From an uncultured Bacilli bacterium (GTDB taxonomy: Bacteria; Bacillota_I; Bacilli_A; RFN20; CAG-826): 64,000 bases of DNA. Positions 56,813 to 64,000 of this stretch are shown in pieces. A program made the position numbers and the translations under genes. The stretch spans positions 117,365-181,364 of the forward strand of contig CALVXI010000001.1 of assembly GCA_944368975.1 (NCBI GenBank), written 5' to 3'. The stretch's first letter is position 1, and every line of letters starts with the position of its first letter. The notes under the pieces were generated by a model. It did not search any database. It saw only the letters and a list, made by a program, of their open reading frames with translations, and was not told the origin of the DNA.

Positions 56813-58528
56813 ATGGAAAATATTATTATATCGATTGTTTGTTCTATTGGTGGAGTGCTTGCACTAATTGTTATTATTTTAGTACTGGAAAAATTTGTAT
56901 TTTTTAAAAATAGATGTAAAAAAGAACTTCGCGAAATTGGTAATAAATATGAATATCTTCATGGATTACTAAAAGGAGAAATATCGCAAAATATTGCTAA
57001 ACTGGAATTTATATCAAGAACCAATTTGTTTTATTGTGAGATTCATGCTAGTTTCTCAAAAAAATATAAAGAAATTAAAGATAATTTAGACACTCAAGCT
57101 AAAGAAATAAAAGATGAACTAAATGATTTATATTATGGAAAGCAATATAAAGAATTTAAGAAAAGATATAAAGAATGCTTACCTTTAATAAATGAATTTA
57201 GTGATAAAACTGATGAATTAAGTAAAGAATTAATCGATAAATTAAAGCCAGAAGAAGATGCTAGACAAAGAATTCTTGAGCTTAAAGAAAGATTCAGAGA
57301 AGTTAAATCTTTATATAATAATAATGAAAATGAATTATCTTATATAAATGATTCATTTCAAAAAGTATTCGATAAGATTGAAACGAATTTTAAACAATTT
57401 GAAAGTTTATTAGATAGTGCCAAATATGAAGAAGCTAATGCTTTACTTCCTAATATTGAAAAAGTTTTAGAAGAACTTATTAAATTAATAAATATAACTC
57501 CAAAATACATTAAGGAAGTAAATGAAATTTTACCTAATGAAATTGATAATTTACTTAGAGAATATAAAGAATTAATTCTTCAAGGTTTACCATTAAAAAC
57601 TTTTGATATTGAAGGAGTTATTGAAAATATTAATCATCAGATTGAAAGTATTAAGGTTGATTTAAGATCACTTCATATGACTAGAATTGAAAAGAAAATT
57701 GAAAATATTCATATTCAACTTCAAGAAGTTAAAGATAGTTTTGTTGAAGAAAAAACATCTAAAAAACAATATGAAGAAAATAGTGTGAAGATTAATACTA
57801 AATTTAGACAATTAAGTAAAGAATTTATAAAAATATCTGGAAGTATTGAAAAAATTGAGAAAATCTATTTAATTGATGAAGGTCATAAAGCTTTGTTTAA
57901 TGAAATTAGAGATACTTTAGAAGATGTTAACCGTGACAAATCTAAATTAGAACTTTATGTTCACCAAATTGAAAGTTTACCTTATAAAGTTTTAGTTAGT
58001 AAAATGAATGAACTTGCTAAAGGTACAAATAATTTAGAAAAACGAATCGTTGAATTTAAAGAGTATACAAATAGCTTAAAAAATGATTCAGAGAGAGCTT
58101 ATAATTCAATTGATGGAATATATATAAAGCTTAAAAAATATGAATCGAATTTAAAAGATTTAGGAAGTGATGATCTTTATAATTTATATAGTGAAAACTT
58201 TTTAACTTCTTATCAATATTTAGATAAAATTCATGGTTTATTAAGTAAAGTTCCTCTTGATGTAACTTCAATTAATGAATTAATGAATAAGTTAGAAACT
58301 TTAACATCATCAATATATAAAGATATTGATGATTTACTAATGTATAAAGAAAAAGCAATTAATGCCATATTAATTGGAAATAAAGAAAGAAACAAATTTG
58401 CAGATGTTAATACTTTATTAGATCAAGCAGAAGAACTATATTTTAAATATAATTTTAAAGAAGCGTTTAATTATAGTACTAAAGCACTAGAAAAAATAAA
58501 TTATCGAGATGGTGGATTTACTAACTAA
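56813..58528 (+). CDS. ezrA: Septation ring formation regulator EzrA
   Basis: N-terminal TM helix (IIISIVCSIGGVLALIVIILVL), ~540 aa of coiled coil, and a C-terminal block LLDQAEELYFKYNFKEAFNYSTKALEKI as in EzrA. Synteny with nifS-like and thiI genes matches Bacilli. The start is uncertain (ORF opens at 56756). Confidence 0.75.
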   Translation: MENIIISIVCSIGGVLALIVIILVLEKFVFFKNRCKKELREIGNKYEYLHGLLKGEISQNIAKLEFISRTNLFYCEIHASFSKKYKEIKDNLDTQAKEIKDELNDLYYGKQYKEFKKRYKECLPLINEFSDKTDELSKELIDKLKPEEDARQRILELKERFREVKSLYNNNENELSYINDSFQKVFDKIETNFKQFESLLDSAKYEEANALLPNIEKVLEELIKLINITPKYIKEVNEILPNEIDNLLREYKELILQGLPLKTFDIEGVIENINHQIESIKVDLRSLHMTRIEKKIENIHIQLQEVKDSFVEEKTSKKQYEENSVKINTKFRQLSKEFIKISGSIEKIEKIYLIDEGHKALFNEIRDTLEDVNRDKSKLELYVHQIESLPYKVLVSKMNELAKGTNNLEKRIVEFKEYTNSLKNDSERAYNSIDGIYIKLKKYESNLKDLGSDDLYNLYSENFLTSYQYLDKIHGLLSKVPLDVTSINELMNKLETLTSSIYKDIDDLLMYKEKAINAILIGNKERNKFADVNTLLDQAEELYFKYNFKEAFNYSTKALEKINYRDGGFTN

Positions 58529-59661
58529 TGATTTATTTTGATAATGCCGCTACTACAAAAGTAAGTAAAGATGTATTAAAGGTCTATATTGAAAATATAG
58601 ACCGTTATTTTGCTAATCCTAGTTCTATTCATTATTTAGGAATGGAAGCAAATAATAAAATTAATTTAGCTAAAATAAGTATTTTAAATTATTTAAAACT
58701 TAATACTAATGAATATGATGTTATATTTACTAGTTCAGCAACTGAAAGCAATAATTTAGCAATTAAAGGTTATGCTAGTAAAAATCATAATCGTGGTAAT
58801 ACGATTGTTACTAGTAAAATTGAACACGCTTCAGTTATTGAAGTATTTAAACACTTAGAGAATGAATATAATTTTAACGTTAAATATTTATCAGTTGATG
58901 ATAATGGTAATTTCTTAAAAGAGGAATTAGAAAATTATATTAATAAAGATACAATCTTAGTTAGTTTAAGCCCTATTAATAATGAATTAGGGCTTAAACT
59001 AAATATTGATCAAGTAAAAGCTTATATTAATAAATTTCCTAAATGTGTTTTACATTTAGATTTAGCTCAAACTTTAGGAAAAGATAATTTTAACTATTCA
59101 AAAGGAGATTTGCTCACCCTATCTTCTCATAAAATTCATGGTTTAAAAAGCATTGCTTGCTTAATTAAAAAGAAGAAAATTCTTCTTAATCCAATTCTAT
59201 ATGGGGGTGGACAAGAATTTGGTTTAAGAAGTTCTACAATGGATTTACCTTTAATACTTTCTTTTACGGAAGCTATTAAAGAAACTACATTAAATTATTC
59301 AAAAAGCCTCTTAAAAGTAAAGGAAATTTATGATTTCTTAGTTAATGAATTATCTAAAATAGATGACGTTATTTTACATAATTCCTTAAATCAATCACCA
59401 TTTATTTTAAATTTTTCTTTAAAAAGTAAAAAAGCAAGTGTTGTCGTAGAAGCGTTAAGTAATAAAGAAATTTATGTAAGTAGCGTTAGTGCTTGCTCAA
59501 GTAAAAAAGAAGAACCATCGTATGTTTTACTTGCATTAAATAAAACACTTAAAGAAGCTAGTAATTCAATTAGATTATCATTTAGTTATGAAAATACACT
59601 AGAAGAAGCTAAAATATTTATTAAAGAACTAAGTAATATTTTAGATACTATTAGGAGTTAA
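58528..59661 (+). CDS. Cysteine desulfurase (NifS/NifZ/IscS-like, class V aminotransferase)
   Basis: PLP-lysine motif SSHKIHGLKS and active-site Cys in VSSVSACSS. Directly upstream of thiI, as in Bacillus and Staphylococcus. Confidence 0.85.
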   Translation: MIYFDNAATTKVSKDVLKVYIENIDRYFANPSSIHYLGMEANNKINLAKISILNYLKLNTNEYDVIFTSSATESNNLAIKGYASKNHNRGNTIVTSKIEHASVIEVFKHLENEYNFNVKYLSVDDNGNFLKEELENYINKDTILVSLSPINNELGLKLNIDQVKAYINKFPKCVLHLDLAQTLGKDNFNYSKGDLLTLSSHKIHGLKSIACLIKKKKILLNPILYGGGQEFGLRSSTMDLPLILSFTEAIKETTLNYSKSLLKVKEIYDFLVNELSKIDDVILHNSLNQSPFILNFSLKSKKASVVVEALSNKEIYVSSVSACSSKKEEPSYVLLALNKTLKEASNSIRLSFSYENTLEEAKIFIKELSNILDTIRS

Positions 59662-59662
59662 T

Positions 59663-60844
59663 ATGGAATATAACGTTATTATTGTGCGATTTGGAGAATT
59701 ATCAACAAAAGGAAAAAATCGAAAAGATTTTATTTTTAAATTAGCTAAAAGTATAACTAGAAATTTATTAGGAATTAACAAAACTTATACTTTAGATGTT
59801 CGACATGATCATATTTATATAAACTTACTTATTAATTCTAATGAATTTGATTATACTCCTTTATTAAAGATATCTGGAATAAATGGAATATCATTAGCCT
59901 ATAAAAAAGAGATATATGATTTAGACGATATTGTTGATACTTCATTAAAATTAATTAAAGAAGAAAATGGAACAACTTTTAAAATAAGAGCTAAAAGAAA
60001 TGATAAATCATTTCCTTATATAAGTGATGAAATTAATCGAGCAGTAGCTAGTAAAATTTTAAAAAATACTTCCTTAAAAGTTGATGTTCATAATCCTGAT
60101 ATTCTTTTATCAATTGAAATTCATCTTGAAGGAACTTACTTTTATACAAAAACATTAAAAGGAATGGGTGGTTATCCTTTAGGAAGTACTGGGAGAATCT
60201 TAATGATGCTTAGTGGAGGAATTGATTCACCTGTTGCTACTTATTTACTTATGAAAAGAGGAGTTGAGGTAAGTTGTATTCATTTTTCTAGTCCACCTTA
60301 TACAAATCAAGGAGTAATCATAAAACTTCAAGATTTATTAAGTAAACTTAATATTTATCAACCTAAGATAAATTTATATATCGTACCATTTACTAAAATT
60401 CAAGAAAAAATCTATGAAGTTAGTAAAGAAGGTTATCCTATAACTATTATGAGAAGAATGATGTATCGCTTAGCCAGTAAATTAGCTAATCGATTACATA
60501 TTAATGCTTTAGCAACTGGCGAATCAATTGGACAAGTAGCTAGTCAAACTCTAGAATCTTTAAAAGCTATTAATGAGGTTACTAATTTACCTATTATTAG
60601 ACCATTAGCAACTTATGATAAAGTAGATATAATTAACATCTCAAAAGATATAGATACTTACGAAATCTCTATTAGGCCTTATGAAGATTGTTGTACAATC
60701 TTCACTAATAAAAATCCTAAAACTAAACCTAAGATTGAAGATTGTCTTGAGATTGAAAAACTTTATGATTTTGAAGAACTTTTAAATGAAGCTATTGATA
60801 ATATTGAATTAAAGATTATTGAAGATAAAACTACTATATTTTAG
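59663..60844 (+). CDS. thiI: tRNA 4-thiouridine(8) synthase ThiI (no rhodanese domain)
   Basis: N-terminal ferredoxin-like/THUMP region (VRFGELSTKGKNR) and PP-loop SGGIDSPVA, in 393 aa. Confidence 0.9.
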   Translation: MEYNVIIVRFGELSTKGKNRKDFIFKLAKSITRNLLGINKTYTLDVRHDHIYINLLINSNEFDYTPLLKISGINGISLAYKKEIYDLDDIVDTSLKLIKEENGTTFKIRAKRNDKSFPYISDEINRAVASKILKNTSLKVDVHNPDILLSIEIHLEGTYFYTKTLKGMGGYPLGSTGRILMMLSGGIDSPVATYLLMKRGVEVSCIHFSSPPYTNQGVIIKLQDLLSKLNIYQPKINLYIVPFTKIQEKIYEVSKEGYPITIMRRMMYRLASKLANRLHINALATGESIGQVASQTLESLKAINEVTNLPIIRPLATYDKVDIINISKDIDTYEISIRPYEDCCTIFTNKNPKTKPKIEDCLEIEKLYDFEELLNEAIDNIELKIIEDKTTIF

Positions 60845-60845
60845 T

Positions 60846-60870
60846 AAAAAACCTTTAAAAGTCCATTAAA
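60846..60870 (+). repeat. Copy 2 of the AAAAACCTTTAAAAGTCCATTAAA intergenic motif
   Basis: aaaaaacctttaaaagtccattaaa begins 2 nt after the thiI stop. It matches 19733-19757 apart from one T. Confidence 0.6.
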
Positions 60871-60883
60871 AAAATAAAAATTA

Positions 60884-60915
60884 AAAAATGAGAGGATTAA
60901 AAACCTCTCATTTTT
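60884..60915. terminator. Bidirectional intrinsic terminator between convergent thiI and thrS
   Basis: aaaaatgagagg-attaaaaa-cctctcattttt, with an A-run and a T-run flanking a 7-bp GC-containing core stem. Confidence 0.75.
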
Positions 60916-60934
60916 AATAAGTAAATTTAATTAT

Positions 60935-62857
60935 TTAAAGACTTTTAGGATCAACAAGTAAAGCTTTTGAAGCAATTTCCTTATTAATTAAATCAATAAA
61001 TTCATTAACTGAAGTAGTAATTTGTTTTGGATCACCAAATTTACGATAAGTAACTGTGTTATCCTTAACTTCATTATCACCAATAACTAAAGTATATGGA
61101 ATTTTATTAATTTGAGCTTGTCTAAGACGATATCCTAATTTCTCATTAGATTCATTTAATTCAACTCTAAGTTTATTGTTTATTAAAGTTTCTTGTAATT
61201 TCTTAGCATATTCTAAATGGAACTCATTATTAACAGGTAAAACCTCAATTTGAACAGGTGCTAACCATGTAGGGAAAGCTCCAGCAAAGTGTTCTGTAAT
61301 AATACCAAGGAATCTTTCAAATGAACCTAAAATTGCTCTATGAAGCATAACAGGACGTACTTTTTCTCCATTACTATCAATGTAAGTACAATCAAATCTT
61401 TCAGGTAAATTCATATCAAGTTGAATGGTACCACATTGCCAAATTCTACCCATACAATCTTTTAATTTAAAATCAAGTTTAGGACCATAGAAAGCTCCAT
61501 CCCCTGGATTAATCTTAAACTCTTTACCGCTAGCCAAACATGCTTCACTTAATATCTTTTCAGATTCATTCCAAATCTCGATATCACCAATATAATCCCT
61601 TTCAGGTCTAGTTGATAAAACGATTGAATAGTCTAAACCAAAAATAGAATACATTTCATCATAAAGTTTTAATAACTTTAAGATTTCACTTTTAAGTTGT
61701 TCACGGGTGCAGAAAATATGTGCATCATCTTGAGTAAAGCATCTAACTCTAAATAAACCATTTAAAGCACCACTAGCTTCATGACGATGGACTAGACCAA
61801 GTTCAGCATATCTTAATGGTAAATCACGATATGAATGAAGCTCGTTATTATAAACTAAAATAGCACCAGGACAATTCATAGGTTTAATTGCAAAGTCCTT
61901 TTCATCAATTTTAGTTGTATACATATTGTCTTTATAATGATCCCAGTGACCACTTGTAAGCCAAAGTTCTTTTGATAAAATTATTGGAGTTTTAATAATT
62001 TTATAGCCTTCACGATCATGAATATCATTCCACCAATATTCCATTTGTCTTCTAAGCATTAAACCTTTAGGTAAATAAAATGGAAAACCTGGGCCATATT
62101 CACTAAACATAAATAAACCAAGTTCTTTACCAAGCTTACGATGGTCTCTTTTCTTAGCTTCTTCCTTTAAATGAAGATAATTTTGAAGATCCTCTTCATT
62201 AAAGAAACTACAACCATAGATTCTTGTTAATTGTTTATTTTTAGAATCTCCTCTCCAATAAGCACCAGCTAAGGATTCAAGTTTAAAATGCTTTATATAG
62301 TTTGTACTTGGAACATGAGGTCCTGTGCATAAATCAACGAAATCTCCTTGACGATAAATTGAAATTTCTTCATTTTCTGGTAACTCATTAATAATTTCAA
62401 CTTTATATGGATTATCTTTAAACATTTCTAAAGCTTTTTCTTTAGAAATTACTTCTTTTTTGATATAGAAATTCTTCTTAGAAAATTCTTTCATTTTCTT
62501 TTCGATTTTGGTTAAATCTTCTTCTTTAAGAATAGTAGATCCAAAATCTATATCATAATAAAATCCATTTTCAATTGATGGACCAATAGCTAACTTAGCA
62601 TCTTTAAATATATCTAAAACTGCTTCAGCAAGTAAATGAGCGGTTGAGTGATTTAAAATATCTTTAGCTTCTTCACTATTATTTAAAATTAATTCAATTT
62701 CTCCTTCGCTAGTAATAGGAGAATATAAATCATAAATTACTCCATTATGTTTATAGGCAATTACACTTTTAAGATCAATATTTAAAGCTTTAGCAATATC
62801 AGCTCCAGAAGAATTTTCGTTAAGTTCTAATTCTTGATTATTACAAATTATTTTCAT
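60935..62857 (-). CDS. thrS: Threonine--tRNA ligase
   Basis: 640 aa with an N-terminal TGS domain and editing-domain HSTAHLLA. Class II motifs LVHRHEASGALNGLFRVRCFTQDDAHIF and GTIQLD, plus a C-terminal anticodon-binding domain. AGGAGG RBS. Confidence 0.95.
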   Translation of the reverse strand: MKIICNNQELELNENSSGADIAKALNIDLKSVIAYKHNGVIYDLYSPITSEGEIELILNNSEEAKDILNHSTAHLLAEAVLDIFKDAKLAIGPSIENGFYYDIDFGSTILKEEDLTKIEKKMKEFSKKNFYIKKEVISKEKALEMFKDNPYKVEIINELPENEEISIYRQGDFVDLCTGPHVPSTNYIKHFKLESLAGAYWRGDSKNKQLTRIYGCSFFNEEDLQNYLHLKEEAKKRDHRKLGKELGLFMFSEYGPGFPFYLPKGLMLRRQMEYWWNDIHDREGYKIIKTPIILSKELWLTSGHWDHYKDNMYTTKIDEKDFAIKPMNCPGAILVYNNELHSYRDLPLRYAELGLVHRHEASGALNGLFRVRCFTQDDAHIFCTREQLKSEILKLLKLYDEMYSIFGLDYSIVLSTRPERDYIGDIEIWNESEKILSEACLASGKEFKINPGDGAFYGPKLDFKLKDCMGRIWQCGTIQLDMNLPERFDCTYIDSNGEKVRPVMLHRAILGSFERFLGIITEHFAGAFPTWLAPVQIEVLPVNNEFHLEYAKKLQETLINNKLRVELNESNEKLGYRLRQAQINKIPYTLVIGDNEVKDNTVTYRKFGDPKQITTSVNEFIDLINKEIASKALLVDPKSL

Positions 62858-62869
62858 AGCTTACCTCCT

Positions 62870-63110
62870 AAAATAAAAAGTCCTTAGATAAAATTTATCT
62901 AAGGACGTAAATATCTAAGTATACGCGGTACCACCTTAGTTATAACTAATAATATAGTTATCACCTTGATTTATAATTAATTACGTTAATCACTCGTTAA
63001 GTTACCTTAAGTGCTCCAAAGTGGTATTGCTAACTTACTTTCAAGAAACTTTCACCAAATGTTTCTATTCTCTAAGAAAGATAGATTAGCAACATGTCTT
63101 TTTCGTTGCG
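62870..63110 (-). promoter_or_regulatory. T-box riboswitch leader of thrS (Thr-specific, candidate ACC specifier)
   Basis: On the minus strand: AGAGA and GGTGAAA Stem-I elements, T-box sequence AACTAAGGTGGTACCGCG (62924-62941), and terminator GTCCTTAGATAAATTTTATCTAAGGAC plus U-run (62870-62906). An ACC-A triplet at 63023-63025 lies 3' of Stem I. Confidence 0.8.
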
Positions 63111-63115
63111 TATTT

Positions 63116-63144
63116 ATCGTATAACTATTTTTAAATTTTGTAAA
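63116..63144 (-). promoter_or_regulatory. Putative promoter of the thrS leader
   Basis: On the minus strand: TTTACA (63139-63144), 17-nt spacer, TACGAT (63116-63121). Confidence 0.35.
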
Positions 63145-63223
63145 TATTGAAATTTCGTATTCTTGGATGTTTATTTGATTTTAGTTAAATTAAAGTAACG
63201 CTCTTATATCATTATAATTTTTA

Positions 63224-63901
63224 TTAAAATAGAAGAAGTTGCTCATAGTTTTCCTTTTTGTAGTTAAGACAATATAAATATATTTTCTTATAACTTTTTA
63301 ATACTAGCTTTTCATTAAATAGATCATAAAATCTATTTAGATTATTTTGTTTAGATTTTAAATATTCAATAGTCTTTTCTTGGAATTCCAAGTAATTATT
63401 TGCTTTATCAAAATCAATTGTATTAAATATTTCAATAAGTCTCTTTTCTAATCCTTTTGCTGGTTCTTTATTTAAGCAAACATTAACTAAACTAGCGATA
63501 TTATCTAATTTTTTATGATATAAAGAAATAACATTATCATAAGATAAAAGACCTAAACCGACTCCTAAAGGTGGTAAGTTGATTGATTTAATTTTTTTAC
63601 TATTTATTACTTTAATTAAATCATTTAAACCTTTCTCAATATAAGATAATCTAGGAGGATATTTAAAGGTTATTTGAATAGGAAAATTAATTATTAAATA
63701 GTCATCAGTTTTAAATAAAAACATTGTCCCAATGTTTATATTATTCTTTTTAAGTTCATTTAAATAAGCTTCATATAATCCTTTATATCTTAAAGAACAT
63801 TCTAAACTTAATCCACTAGCCATAGTTCCTGCTAAATTAATTGGAATAACAATAGCTTCAGAATTTATATTAAAAATACTTTCATTAGAGAAGTTAATCA
63901 T
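63224..63901 (-). CDS. Macro-domain (ADP-ribose-binding/processing) protein with ~85-aa helical C-terminal extension
   Basis: NSEAIVIPINLAGTMASGLSLECSLRY and SINLPPLGVGLGLLSY fit the macro-domain pattern (N...G.M..G.A and a P.LG.G.G phosphate loop). Recognition by eye only. Confidence 0.5.
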   Translation of the reverse strand: MINFSNESIFNINSEAIVIPINLAGTMASGLSLECSLRYKGLYEAYLNELKKNNINIGTMFLFKTDDYLIINFPIQITFKYPPRLSYIEKGLNDLIKVINSKKIKSINLPPLGVGLGLLSYDNVISLYHKKLDNIASLVNVCLNKEPAKGLEKRLIEIFNTIDFDKANNYLEFQEKTIEYLKSKQNNLNRFYDLFNEKLVLKSYKKIYLYCLNYKKENYEQLLLF

Positions 63902-63960
63902 AAAGTAATTTTAAACTATCAATTAGTAATTTTTAATATTTTAATTATTCTCTTTTAGAC

Positions 63961-63996
63961 TATAATTTCTTTATGCTTATTAATAAAGAAATTATA
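63961..63996. repeat. Perfect 13-bp inverted repeat at the window edge
   Basis: tataatttcttta-tgcttattaa-taaagaaattata. It could be a terminator of an out-of-window gene or an operator upstream of the macro-domain gene. Confidence 0.4.
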
Positions 63997-64000
63997 GTTA

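Noticed and set aside
63224-63901. Calling the macro-domain protein a DarG antitoxin
   Set aside because: No DarT-like gene is adjacent within the window. The upstream 99 nt are non-coding and the downstream neighbour is the thrS leader, so the architecture alone is insufficient.
1-64000. Possibility of a Mycoplasma-type genetic code (TGA = Trp)
   Set aside because: TGA terminates well-defined genes exactly where the next gene begins (for example 4886-4888). All Trp residues in conserved motifs are encoded by TGG.
1-64000. CRISPR arrays, transposases, integrases, prophage or classical defence-system genes
   Set aside because: I found no regularly spaced direct repeats and no recombinase-, nuclease- or phage-structural-like ORFs on either strand. 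The only repeats seen are the short motifs already reported.

Overview
The window is very AT-rich and almost entirely coding, mostly on the + strand. TGA acts as a stop codon (for example at 4886-4888) and Trp is encoded by TGG. Gene content and synteny (ezrA, cysteine desulfurase, thiI, and a T-box-controlled thrS) point to a low-GC Bacillota or Mollicutes-like anaerobe. Every exported enzyme I can see is a lipoprotein.

Layout:
- 1-18030: a long glycan-utilisation locus. Its ~16-kb operon carries two different ABC permease pairs, one visible binding protein (truncated by the window edge) and one MsmX-type ATPase. It also holds an NHL-propeller/TPR/Yip1 membrane protein, a ~720-aa exported unknown, two glucoamylase-like (possibly GH144-like) paralogues and a 797-aa five-module lipoprotein. 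A GH39-like enzyme follows.
- 18.4-22.9 kb: RDD-family protein, MFS transporter, small membrane protein and a cytoplasmic GH13 enzyme.
- 23.3-37.6 kb: a starch/maltodextrin locus. It contains malQ behind a cre site, a MalEFG-like importer, a lipoprotein amylase, an 851-aa MsmX-like ATPase with a 476-aa extension, a CBM-like lipoprotein, a pullulanase and an unknown lipoprotein.
- 37.7-51.8 kb: an orphan 512-aa protein, a heterodimeric ABC exporter, nitroreductase, pyrG, tRNA-Ala(CGC), a DUF4143-type ATPase, small unknowns, an esterase, yfcE-like, NUDIX, ferritin and trxB genes.
- 51.9-56.1 kb: a trimeric HydCBA-type [FeFe]-hydrogenase operon. It is preceded by a perfect cre palindrome, and its H-cluster L1 motif is atypical.
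- 56.2-64 kb: a membrane-tethered XRE regulator, ezrA, nifS-like gene, thiI, thrS with a T-box leader, and a macro-domain protein.

I saw no CRISPR array, transposase, integrase or rRNA. The best candidates for undescribed biology are the accessory genes and cytoplasmic extension modules attached to the two sugar ABC systems. All family calls come from motif recognition by eye, with no searches run.
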